A stretch of DNA of 63,233 nt, counting the filler, from Rhabdomonas costata (Eukaryota): the NCBI GenBank assembly GCA_019059605.1. It is 53 parts of 53 records of this genome, joined end to end, with 100 filler letters (N's around TTAATTAATTAA, not from the genome) between each part and the next. Parts side by side here need not be neighbours in the genome. Positions count along the whole stretch, not along the records: positions 1 to 1,096 come from JAHMHO010028853.1; positions 1,197 to 2,292 come from JAHMHO010028854.1; positions 2,393 to 3,487 come from JAHMHO010028855.1; positions 3,588 to 4,683 come from JAHMHO010028856.1; positions 4,784 to 5,879 come from JAHMHO010028857.1; positions 5,980 to 7,075 come from JAHMHO010028858.1; positions 7,176 to 8,269 come from JAHMHO010028859.1; positions 8,370 to 9,465 come from JAHMHO010028860.1; 45 more parts are not named here. One strand, given 5' to 3'. Positions 1 through 11,046 of the stretch are shown one piece after another. The translations under genes and the position numbers were made by a program. The notes beneath the pieces are model-generated. The model saw only the letters and a program-made list of their open reading frames with translations, did no database searches and was not told where the DNA came from. Position 1 is the first letter of the stretch. The number at the start of each line of letters is the position of its first letter.

Positions 1-1
1 G

Positions 2-1078
2 AAGGGCCTGCAGCTCGTGGTGGGGGTGCGGCCCGAGGTGCCGCGGCAGGTCGTCGGCGACCCCAGCCGCCTGAAGAGGGTGCTGCTGAACCTGCTCAGC
101 AATGGTACCCTTATATTCAGCCTGATCTGTTCCGCTCTCGTCATCTTTGTCTGTCTGTCTGTCTTCTGTCTGTCTGTCTGTCTGTCTTCTCTGTGTTGCG
201 TGCTTGTGTTGGGGAGGGGGGGCGATATTTTGGGGCGTTTAAAGTGTGCCCAGGCCGAAGCAGGTCGGGAGTCTTTTACACACAGCAAGCCTCCCAAAGC
301 GCTGTGGTGGCTGGTTCTTGGGGTCAGGGTATCTTGACCTATCCCGCGCCGGCTGTAGTGCCCCTTGGCGGCGCTTTCGTCCCCCGCTTCGTGTCCCCCG
401 CAACGAAGTGCTTGCCACAGCAGCCACAGCATATTTACAAAAACAACCCAGGCCGAATGGGGTCAGGCGATGCTCTTGCCACAAAAATCAGGGCGAATCA
501 CAGTTTCCTCATGATCACGGCCTGGACCACGAGGAAGGTGCTGTCGACTCGTACGACCGCCATCGATCGAGACTTTTGCACCCAGGGATGTACTTAAGTA
601 TATCCCAAAAAACCTTTCCCTCTCCCAGCTTATCCCCGCCACGCGGTTGCGGGCACTGGCTCGTATCAACGCTTTGGAGCGCGGTGGCCGTACATACCCC
701 TGCAGTGCTGTGCGAACCTTGGCTTGGGAGGGGGAGTGACGTCGACCCCTGATTCCATCTTAATTCATCACCTCTATGTATATGAATTGTTTTGTGAAGT
801 GGGCAGGTTCAACGCTGACCATATCCGTCACCGCTCATGGATCACAAAGGGGTGTGATTCAGGCCACTGCAGGGTTTCCGATATTTGGTTTGGCACCCAG
901 CCCGCACTCCGAAATCCCCTAAAATCCCTCCGCAGCGGTGAAGTTCACTCACCACGGCACGGTGAGCATCTCCTGCGGGGTGGACGAGCCGGGGCAGTTC
1001 TTCACCATCGAAGTCCAGGACACGGGCATCGGGCTGTCCCCCAGCCACCTCGCCACGCTGTTCCAGCCCTTCACCCAA
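2..1078 (+). CDS. Histidine kinase HATPase_c domain, partial (exons 2-104 and 936-~1078; GT-AG intron 105-935)
   Basis: Spliced product VVGDPSRLKRVLLNLLSN|AVKFTHHGTVSI...IEVQDTGIGLSPSHLATLFQPFTQ contains the N, G1 (DTGIG) and F boxes; the splice restores the frame exactly. Confidence 0.92.
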
Positions 1079-1097
1079 CCACCAAACACACCCACAN

Positions 1098-1196
1098 NNN
1101 NNNNNNNNNNNNNNNNNNNNNNNNNNNNNNNNNNNNNNNNTTAATTAATTAANNNNNNNNNNNNNNNNNNNNNNNNNNNNNNNNNNNNNNNNNNNN
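1098..1196. other. Artificial contig linker (N-run + TTAATTAATTAA + N-run); first of 52
   Basis: The same all-frame stop linker recurs about every 1.195 kb, and contigs are nearly equal in length (~1091-1097 bp), i.e. concatenated unplaced contigs. Confidence 0.98.
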
Positions 1197-2893
1197 CTAT
1201 AGTAGTGGTGGTTCATCTGCGTGTGTGTCTTACCTGCACTATACTATGGTGTAGTGCATAGTGTTGGTGCATAGCTTGACTAGCAACGGTGTTGAGATTA
1301 CTGCTGCGGAGTAACACATGCATGCACCACGAACCATACGAGCGCTAGACAATGAGAGGCTGGCAACCAGTGACACCACTCAACTCACCCGATCATGTGC
1401 AGCTGCTGGTTTTGGGTGACGCTACTGCCACCGTTCACCCTACTGTACACTATAGCCTGATATCGATCACTAGGTCTTTCACGTTCATCTGACGCCCAAG
1501 TACACCAGGTATCTTGTTGCTACTTCATACGCATGTGATTAACCCGCAACACCCGTCTTATCACCGTATCCCTGCACATGGAGCACACCACCAACGTCAC
1601 TCTAACCACAACACCAGAACGGAAACCACCAAGCTGACAGAAGTCAAGCACACCAGATAACGCACCTGTACACAAGAAGCAGAACTCACACCTGAAACCG
1701 AAGAACACAAAGACTAAGCCCACGAGCAAAAATGGGAATGTATCGTACACCATAGTAGTAGCGTATATACGTACGTACGGTGTGGGGTGGAGTTGTGCTT
1801 GAGTTCACAGCGTCATGCAAGCACTGTATCCGGGCGACTGCATATTCCTGACAGGAATTGAAATATACCGGAGGTAGCATATGCCACTGTTTCGACCTTT
1901 TCCACGCCGTTTGTGAGGAGTGTGGTCGAAACCGACTGCCGCAACCCGCGGTTTGAAAAAAATACAAACAAATATGAAAACCCTCCGGTGGGAGCTGGGA
2001 TGAAACAAAAAAAGCGAAATCAAAAATGATAGTAGCCACGCATAGAGACCGACGCTAGTCTTATTTTCCTAGCAAAATTTATGACTCTGGAGATATCGGT
2101 GTTTCTGAGTGTTTCTTAACATAACTACCACAATAATCCTTTACCTAACAAGTCAACAGGAATGCTCCGAGTCCTTTACAAAAGTGTGAAAGTGCAAAGC
2201 AGCACAAATGAGAAGAGAAGGCGGAGTCACAAGTGTGCAATTTGGAGACGTTACTCATAATTGAAAGGCTGGCGCAATTCAACCACCACACANNNNNNNN
2301 NNNNNNNNNNNNNNNNNNNNNNNNNNNNNNNNNNNNTTAATTAATTAANNNNNNNNNNNNNNNNNNNNNNNNNNNNNNNNNNNNNNNNNNNNTGGTTGTC
2401 AAAACCCGGCTGCAGACGTCGCAAACCTGCGACAAGGAACCATTCCCAGGAGGTTAGTTTCGATGAAACGAGGAGCAAAGACGCGGCGTAAAGGAGCCGT
2501 AGGGAAGTCATGCGAAAAAGTTGCATTCTCTCATGATCATCTCTTCCACAGAGTTTCAGCAAAGCTGTCACAGGGAACAGTTCGCATTCGGTTATGACTG
2601 TGCTTTTAAATGCGCTCCGATTACCGGGGATACCAAACAAAAAAAACTTGCGGAATTCCCGCTCAAAACCATGCGATTTTTTTTTGCCTTTGTAGCAAAA
2701 CAAGTAAGTTAGTCTCTGAGAGACTGACTGGATACACATGAAACGGAACCAAAAAGAGGAATGCGGACTGCATATCGATATGCGGGTTTGGCGAGATGGC
2801 CGAATCGAAGAGACATCTTTACCGGTTATGTCGAAAAAACGAAAGAAAAAAGACAATGCTAGGAGGAAAAGCATTGGATTCCCCTTCGGTCGT

Positions 2894-3142
2894 TCAGACC
2901 TGCTTGGCGTCCACGCTGCGGTCGGGCGCCTTCACCTCGATGGTTGGGAAGATCCGCTCCTCCAGCAGGCCCTCTCGCCGCACCTCAATAACCTCCTGTT
3001 CGTTCACCATTCCCTTCAGAGGGAAGCTTCCCAGGAAAACGAAGGCCAGCCCATCCCTGCGCATCAGCTTGTCGTGGGTTTCCACAGAGATCAGCACTTG
3101 ACCTCCGGCGCCCAATGACTCGATCCGGGAGGCACAGTTAAC
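2894..3142 (-). CDS. Class III adenylate/guanylate cyclase, C-terminal catalytic exon
   Basis: After acceptor ttccatag the exon reads VNCASRIESLGAGGQVLISVETHDKL...FVFLGSFPLKGM, i.e. the N-x-x-x-R catalytic motif, GGQVLIS and LKG. Confidence 0.88.
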   Translation of the reverse strand, partial: VNCASRIESLGAGGQVLISVETHDKLMRRDGLAFVFLGSFPLKGMVNEQEVIEVRREGLLEERIFPTIEVKAPDRSVDAKQV

Positions 3143-3679
3143 CTATGGAATCCGCGCGACCAATGGATCCAGCGAATTTACCCATGGGGAGAACGAGTTG
3201 ACCATGAAGCTGCGAAGATACCTGGCCGGCAAATTCACAAAACTTACGAATTGCACTCACCACTTGCACAAGCAATTAAACGTTAATTCATTGTCAACCG
3301 TCCCCATCAATACAGCAACCAAGTTCTAATTAGATTTAGACTACCAGATGCTCGTACGTCCCGTTCCCGTGTCGACACCTTCCCAGCAGTTTCCACAGGA
3401 ATGCCGATGACCAAAATAACATTGATTCCAAGGGAAAGATTCGCTCATTCCGCACCTTTCCAGCTATTACACTCCTATTTTTTTTTTNNNNNNNNNNNNN
3501 NNNNNNNNNNNNNNNNNNNNNNNNNNNNNNNTTAATTAATTAANNNNNNNNNNNNNNNNNNNNNNNNNNNNNNNNNNNNNNNNNNNNTGTTTTGAGGCTC
3601 TGGGGACGGATTTTGGGGGCAAAATGCCCCTCTTTTCAAGGCTTTTTGCCCCCAAAATCCGTCCCCAGAGCCTCAAAAA

Positions 3680-4293
3680 ACCCTCAAATCCGCATAAAAA
3701 CGCGTTTTTCGGAACCCCCGACCTCAGAAACGTCAGGTTGGGCCGATTTCCGGAGGGTCGATTTTTCACCCCGGACACCCCATTTTCGACCCTTACAGGG
3801 TACCACCCAGGCAGGCCTCGAAAAGTTCCTAATTTCGGCCAAAAATCGGCGTTTTCAGCGTCAAGATGGTCAAATCGAAGCACCAAACCGTGTTTTTCGT
3901 GTTCTACGGCCCCGAAAATGGGGGGATAGGTCACCTTTACCGGGCTGGACTCGAAGACTCGTCATATAGTCCAAAAACGTGATTTTTGGCGGTTTTTTTT
4001 TTGAAAAACGGCAATGTCCGCGGGCCCAAAAATTGAAAGTTTTCATGCGGGGGTATTAGGTTCGAAACATTAAAATCGTCGAATTTTTGCCCGGAATTTT
4101 TTCATCCGATAGCCCACCCCCACAAACGTGGGCTCGAAGGCCCTACCGAGGCTTGAAACGCCGACTACTCGCGCAAAAAAAAAGCGCAAAAAAAAGTCTA
4201 CACACAGACACAGACACACACACACACACGGACAGTTTCCCGTTTTTCTCGTATCTAAACCCTACCCTACACTACGTTTCGTTACGGGAATAA
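3680..4293 (-). mobile_element. Possible non-autonomous Helentron/DINE-1-like element
   Basis: The minus strand begins TTATTCCCGTAACG...GGGTAGGG, followed by TGTCCG(TG)n/TGTC microsatellite (4200-4235) and a non-coding body rich in A/T runs. The layout resembles DINE-1/HINE 5' ends. Confidence 0.3.
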
Positions 4294-5042
4294 ACAGATT
4301 AAAAGTTACACCCAAGTACCTTGAAATGCCATCAAGTGACACACATTTCCATTCCTAAGTTATGCCTCCTCGTCAAAACTTTTGCATGCATCATGGTCTA
4401 GAAGTTCCGCTTCCGCTGCAGAGCGATGGTGGGGGGTATACCCCCCCACTCCGGCGCCACCAATCCTGGACGAGGCTGGAGGGCAACGTGACCTGATCAT
4501 TGCATTCCCCTTCGTGGGAAGGGGTTCACACACAGCCGTAACACCACAAGTTTCTTTCGGATGATAACCAAACCCTTGCAAGAAGCAGTTCTACAACAAA
4601 AGTCAGAACAGAAGAGGCCAGCACAGTGTGTATGGGCAGGCAAAGCCCTGCACTCGTCAACCGCGAAAGGGGTTCCACACACCNNNNNNNNNNNNNNNNN
4701 NNNNNNNNNNNNNNNNNNNNNNNNNNNTTAATTAATTAANNNNNNNNNNNNNNNNNNNNNNNNNNNNNNNNNNNNNNNNNNNNGGTGTTTTGTAAACCCA
4801 TGGTTCGAGCAAAACAACAGCACAAGCGAAGAAAATTAACGCAAAGTTTCTGCGAAAAAGTGCCCTTCAGTGGCTTGTCGGCTAGAACGCGGGCGTATGT
4901 TTCAACTCCTTGAAGTTGAAACACTCATAGTTGCCGCAGCAACGCGTGTGGTCGAAGTTTGTGGTCTGTTGCTTGACATTTTTTGATAGGATGCCAAAGT
5001 TGTGGGATGTTGGCGTGATGGCCATTACATTGGGAAGAATCC

Positions 5043-5121
5043 CATAAAGTGGGATTTGAACCCGCAGTACTCAATCCTTTGCTGCATTTGTTCACGGCAC
5101 AACCAACTGTGCCATCTATTT
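5043..5121 (-). ncRNA. tRNA-like (pseudo-tRNA or tRNA-derived SINE head) with Pol III A and B boxes
   Basis: TGGCACAGTTGG (A box) with D stem GCAC/GTGC; GCGGG-TTCAAAT-CCCAC T arm (B box); 5-bp acceptor pairing; no proper anticodon stem. Confidence 0.5.
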
Positions 5122-6311
5122 TTATGCTAATTAACTGTGCTACTATTGTGATGTGTAGGGTTCTCAGCCTCTAAAACCATGAACATTTGCTTTGATTTCT
5201 AGCTAAAGATGCGTGCGTTGTCCAATTGCACTTTTTAATATGAGGCTGTGTTTCCATATATGATTTAGTCTGGTTACGTACTCCTCCGGATTTTGAAACA
5301 CTTAATTGTGGGGAATTTGGGGGAACCATTACTTTCTGTGCTTACAATACACAATTTATCGTACATGTAGCAAAATGTAATCTGGCGTAGGGTAATAATA
5401 TGTTTAAAAATATATGTTTAATGTTTAAAAAACAATACGCTCCAAGTTGGGGTTCAACCGGTATTGGGAAATATGCCCTGTTTATATTGCTGTCCCCCCT
5501 CCCTAAATTCCACTTCCTGAACACCACTTCTGACTCCAGATCACCCACTACCGCTCTGCAAGCATACTCTTGCACTGAGACAATTTCTAGTTTTCCGACT
5601 TTTCTTCTATCAATGTGCTCAAAGAACTGCGCTTACCTTGACAGAAACTCTATTTATAAAACATGTCCTATGAGGTACAAGATACCCACATGTTTTTGAA
5701 CTGAACAAATCCTCTCAAAAGGTTTCATTGTTGACTTTATTGAGTTCTTTTAAAGTATTGACTAAAATTAGATGAAGCTAACTTCGTTTATCTACTCGCC
5801 AACTATAATGATTAATAGAATATACAAACTACTACAAAAACATTCGTCTGACTCACCATATATATAAGCTTGTACAAACNNNNNNNNNNNNNNNNNNNNN
5901 NNNNNNNNNNNNNNNNNNNNNNNTTAATTAATTAANNNNNNNNNNNNNNNNNNNNNNNNNNNNNNNNNNNNNNNNNNNNGTTGTTTTGTGAGCGAAAGAA
6001 AAAGACGGAGGAGAAGGGGAAAACGGAAGAAAAGGTGTCCTAGTCAAGACCGCCGCCTGGGTGCTCGCACGTGGGGTCCTATAGCAATGTCAGGTGCCGC
6101 GGGGTGCCAGCTCCCAGCTCACACAAGACAGGTCGCCGAAGACGTCCAAAGGCTGTCCGCAATGATCGCATGGGTGCCCGCCGCTGCAGCTGGGAGGGAA
6201 CACTCCATTCTCGAATTACTGCGGCAGATCACGTGCTAAAAAGGCTTTGCATGTTTGTCGATTTGTACCCTCGAATTTCATGTTTTTTCGTCTCTTCTTG
6301 TTGCTTTTCAG

Positions 6312-6626
6312 GTTACAGTGCCCAACTTGCCATAGCAATGGTTGCCACAAAGGATACTACTGTAGTCGTGGTATGTTGCCTGTCCACCATGCTTCCCAGC
6401 CTTTTGAGGAGCTGCTGTCACAGTTGCCGATGCTGTGGAACTGAGCGCAGGCACCTCTGAAACAAATTTTCTTCTTCTCACAGCTTGCTTCAAACGGGAT
6501 TACGAGGTTCATGAGCGGCTTCACAAAGAGCTCTCAAGTATGCAACGTTTCAAGAACGACTTTTCCTTTCTCTTGGGCGTCCTCAAGGGGTGGCCGACTG
6601 GTTTACCCTCAACGGCAGATTATTGA
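6312..6626 (+). CDS. zf-C6H2/MYND-like zinc finger (exons 6312-6370 and 6484-~6626)
   Basis: Spliced LQCPTCHSNGCHKGYYCSR|ACFKRDYEVHERLHKE matches the LQCPTC...FCSQECFK...H...H pattern of the MetAP1 N-terminal finger; GT-AG intron 6371-6483 keeps the frame. Confidence 0.7.
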
Positions 6627-8252
6627 TACTCCAAACCACAGAAAGTGTTTTCGCAATATAAAAAGACACTTACACACGTGCACGCACATACTTTTGCATT
6701 TCATCTTCTATCACAGGCTTTATAGCTTCTAAACCTCGGCAAGAGAAGCTGAGGTTCTGCATTTCCGATTTGTCTTGCTCAAAGTCCCCCCAACCTCCAC
6801 ATTTTCCAACTTTTCAACCGCTTTCTCAGGTCTGCGCGACAAAAATGTCTAAAGAGGCTTTCGGCCGTTTGCGTGAAGGCCGAACAGCTTTTGTCTGCTG
6901 GCAGCTCGGTACTTGTCCTGCTCTCCGTCTTACAGGGATTGTTGTGGCAATGTTTTGTTGCTTTGTTGTGGGAACACTGCACGTGTCAATATGATCATTC
7001 AGTCTGCCTATTTTCAATGCCAAACAACAACAACGGGCATGCCCGCACAAACGCAGACATCGAGGCCCAACCAACNNNNNNNNNNNNNNNNNNNNNNNNN
7101 NNNNNNNNNNNNNNNNNNNTTAATTAATTAANNNNNNNNNNNNNNNNNNNNNNNNNNNNNNNNNNNNNNNNNNNNGGGTGGGTGGAGGGACAGAAGGAAG
7201 GGTGTGGTTGGTGTGGCTTTCTCGCTGCCAGTGATGTCTTTATTAGCCAACTTCTGCCTTTCCGTGACTTCCGAGAATACCAACTGAGTTGGCGAAGCGG
7301 CCTCTCTGGGAGTTGGTGTGGCTTTTTCGACACCGTTGACTTCTTTTCGTTCGCGAATTGTAAGGCAGTTGCCCGTGGGCAGTTGCCCGACCTATTTGAC
7401 CTTTTTGCCCGTAGCAGCTGCTACTGGACTTGCGGGCAGCCCAAACAGCAGTTTGGCCCCACGTGTAACCTGTAACCTGAGTTCCAACTCGACTTTCCCA
7501 GACACAATGAATTTGTTTCACCCAGCGTGGCTACTCCTCAAACGCCAATCTCCTTCTGCTGTGGATTTTTGGAGAGTCTCCCGCGCCTGCGGTCTGCTGC
7601 CCATCTTGCTGGTCCACTTTGAGTTGCTCGCACCAGGTCCAAACATCCGTAGCCGTACAAACGTGCTCCGCCGGTTTCCCAGCGTTGTGTCCACCCTTAC
7701 GCACGAGGGCACAAGGGCAGGAACACCAAGGTGCTGCAAAGGTGTCGCCTGAGACTGCCCCTAATATCCCCCAAAGTGCCCCCCCCCAAAGGCCCAAAGC
7801 CCGTTTCAAAAATTTGGAAAGAAAAAAATGCCCAAGTTGCCCCCCTCGTTGCCAGGCAACTGTCTCGGGCAATTGCCCGAAGGTTGGAATTGCCGGTGTT
7901 TCTTTCTTTCTTTCTTTCTTTTTACAATGCAAGGGTCTCCCCAAAACCCCTGAAACCCCTGGCAGACTCGCCAAGCGGGGTCCCGAGCTCCTGTTTGCCT
8001 CCGGGCCAGCGGAGCACCCGGTGATGTCTTTATTAGCCAACTTCTGTGACTTGCCTGACCTCAACGAATACCAGCTGAGCTGTGCACCTGACCTTTCGTT
8101 TCTTTACGCCCCGACTTCCGCGGAAGTGATGCCCTTTTGTGAAGTGAACTGCTGAGTTTCTGAGGAAAGAGCCAGCTGAGCTGCTTTTCATTTTCTTTTC
8201 GAACCCTCCCTCCTCTCCCCGTAGTTTTTACGTGCGCGTGCAACCCCACAAA

Positions 8253-8269
8253 CCAAACACACCCACCAC
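8253..8269 (-). other. Untrimmed amplification primer 17-mer GTGGTGGGTGTGTTTGG (also 22590-22606 minus, 31072-31088 plus; partial at 1082-1097)
   Basis: Identical 17-mer at the extreme ends of unrelated contigs, pointing inward. Confidence 0.85.
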
Positions 8270-8512
8270 NNNNNNNNNNNNNNNNNNNNNNNNNNNNNNN
8301 NNNNNNNNNNNNNTTAATTAATTAANNNNNNNNNNNNNNNNNNNNNNNNNNNNNNNNNNNNNNNNNNNNTGGTCCTTGCTCCACTGCTTGATGACCCGCC
8401 GTTTGAACAGAGGAAAACCCGTGGCTGCTCAATAATCCAATCTAACATCCCGCATAACCTTGTGCTCACCTTTCTCATGTTGAGCAACCTGACACAAAAA
8501 AATGCTCGCCAG

Positions 8513-8644
8513 GTCCTCAAGAATCGGTGTGAAGTCATCATTTGGACTGCTGGGGTTAAGAAGTATGCCCAACAGGTCTTGGAGAGGATTGACAAAACCG
8601 GGGCTCTCGACTTCTGCATCTGCAGACACGAAGCGTGGTACCAG
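8513..8644 (+). CDS. FCP1/SCP (NIF) HAD-family phosphatase exon
   Basis: AG/GT-bounded exon VLKNRCEVIIWTAGVKKYAQQVLERIDKTGALDFCICRHEAWYQ; EVxxWTAxxxxYAxxVLxxID is the NIF signature. Confidence 0.8.
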
Positions 8645-8964
8645 GTTGGCGTTGAGCGCCGTTTTTAAACTTCTTTGATTTCGCGTCAAGAGAGTTGTTG
8701 TTGTACCTGATAACACGGCACACGGCTTTTGATTTCGTCACTTTCGGGGTAGCTAAATGAAATCCGACACTTCGGGGTTGATGACAAAAATTACACGAAG
8801 CGCTGGAAAATACCCAGGATCTTCCGCCTCCCCCACCCGGATGTGTGTCGCCTTTTCATCTGAGCAAAGTGGCCTCGTCCTTGGCTGGTGGTCTGTCATA
8901 AAGACACTGATTGGTTCTGGCCTGCTGTTGTCGGCTGCACTGTGCCCCCCCTCCTCGTTGGCTA

Positions 8965-9109
8965 AATTTGAGAATCATAGTACCTGCAAATGAATCATCT
9001 TAATCACAAATCTCCACCACCTCCCCGGTTCGAGTTTCACTCTAACCGGGGAGGTGGTGGAGATTTGTGATTAAGATGATTCATTTGCAGGTACTATGAT
9101 TCTCAAATT
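8965..9109. repeat. Perfect 66-bp inverted repeat with 13-nt loop (probable fold-back chimera)
   Basis: 8965-9030 is the reverse complement of 9044-9109. Confidence 0.9.
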
Positions 9110-9804
9110 ATAGCACATTGCCATAACAATGGTCGGCTCCATCCTTAATTCCTCCTCTGGTACAAAGCTTGGCCAAGGAATCTGTCCATACAACCTTGGC
9201 AATACCACTTCACCATAACGATCCTCTTTTTCGTCATCTCCCCATACAACAGACAACTCGTGTCCGCCATCTGACGGCACTTCTTCTGTCTCGCTGCTGG
9301 GCCTCAAGGGTCCATCTCCATCATATACTGTATGAGAACTCTCACTCACTCTCGCACTTTCTTGCAAAGCTTTCCAACCTGCAACAATGCGTTCACCGCA
9401 GCCTTCGCTACGGGCAACATGTCCGCTTCTACTTTTGGCTCCACTTCACGCGATTCCCCACAACANNNNNNNNNNNNNNNNNNNNNNNNNNNNNNNNNNN
9501 NNNNNNNNNTTAATTAATTAANNNNNNNNNNNNNNNNNNNNNNNNNNNNNNNNNNNNNNNNNNNNTGTTTTTTTTGTGTTTGGTGTGTGGGGTGCACGAG
9601 CGGAGAAATATGTTCATTTTCTTTTCTCGCTTCCCCCGAAGGAATTCTTGTGCTGTCACACAAAGACAGGTGAGAGAAATACAAAGGTAACGAGCTGAAA
9701 AAGGAATCAATCCAGACGCCCTTCTTCGCTTCGCTTGCAGTAGGAGGGACTTCGTAAACGCAAGGGAACGGGAGCCTCTGCGGAGGGAGCAAAGAAAAAC
9801 TTGC

Positions 9805-9956
9805 AATAAGTGACGGTGCCCTTTTCCCACGGGGAAGCTCCCCCGAAGTCAAGGTAATCGGTACAAGTAGAAGAGCTCATTTCTCTTCTCCGGTTCTTAT
9901 TCAGCAGGAAGTAGTTGGTGTACCGCAAGTACTTGGTATCGTAAAACCCAGACCAG
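9805..9956 (-). CDS. Probable exon of unknown protein
   Basis: After ttccag reads WSGFYDTKYLRYTNYFLLNKNRRREMSSSTCTDYLDFGGASPWEKGTVTY, ending at a candidate GC donor (gcaagt); family not recognised. Confidence 0.3.
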
Positions 9957-11046
9957 CTGGAACTTAGAATCCTAATTCTTCTGGAAGCATCTGAAAGCAC
10001 CCGGGCATACCTCACCCTTGCCCGCAATGCCGGCCGCTTCCCATCCACAATCGGACTTCTTCCGACAGTACCACACTCACACTGGTGGATTTGAGACTTC
10101 GGTAGATTGAGGGTTCTGCGTGATCTCTGTGATGGACTCACCCGCTGGTGCAAAATGCTCCAGTGCAAGAGAGTGCAAGAGAGTGCCGCGGGCCTGTTGG
10201 CAACACCGATGCTACAGCGATGACTTCGGATTTGAATGGGCAGCAGGGTAGCCCCACACACCCATACCCTGGGCTCGGCCCAACTTCTTGTGGATCTGCA
10301 TCATCTCTGAGGCGCTGTCAGCATGCGCCAATGCGTTGCAATGGTCCCTAAATTCTGTTCAAATTTGGGCCATTGCCATTTGGGCCAAGCAATTTGATTG
10401 AGCATTGATTGGGTATAGCCCCACGCGGGGTTTTTGGAGGGAAAAAGGCACCCATGCACAGGTGTGCGGTGGTGAGACCCGCATCATACAAAGAGGAAAA
10501 GAATCGGGAAGACTAGAAATCGGAGGCAGCCCCCAAAAGGGCAAACAGAAGAGATGCAGGGATGTGGAGTGGAGATGGTAGAGCAGAAAAGTACATCAGG
10601 TATGTGTTCTTGATCGGTTGTGGGTGTGGGTGTGGTTGTTCGAGGGAGGTACCCAAAACCNNNNNNNNNNNNNNNNNNNNNNNNNNNNNNNNNNNNNNNN
10701 NNNNTTAATTAATTAANNNNNNNNNNNNNNNNNNNNNNNNNNNNNNNNNNNNNNNNNNNNTTTGTGTGGGCGCCCGGCACGTGCCCTCTTCCCCTTGAAT
10801 CCCATTCTTGTTTCTTTTGGCTTGCTTACCTTGTGAACTTTGAAGAGAGCACGAGATGAATTGGGAGGTGTGGTGGCGTTCACTGATTGCAGCTGCTGCA
10901 TAGAACTTTGCAGAGATATTAACATAAAACGCACATGCACGCACCCCTGCTCTCCTGTGCTGGACGACACCTATGGTTCCCTAACGCGTTTCTATTTTTT
11001 AAATGCCACCGCCGCATGATGAATACAGAGTACAATTTCTTCGCAG

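Noticed and set aside
1098-1196. Periodic TTAATTAATTAA motif and ORFs ending in X-runs or LIN
   Set aside because: Artificial linker; ORFs that cross it are not real.
2102-2112. TTTCTGAGTGT, matching part of the Euglena spliced leader
   Set aside because: Only 11 nt match, with no T-run or GT donor after it.
4925-5878. Minus-strand frame of ~318 codons interrupted only by TAA/TAG (possible Gln reassignment)
   Set aside because: The read-through product has no recognisable motif, overlaps a tRNA-like element, and about one such frame is expected by chance among ~300 contig-frames; recognised exons elsewhere show no internal TAA/TAG.
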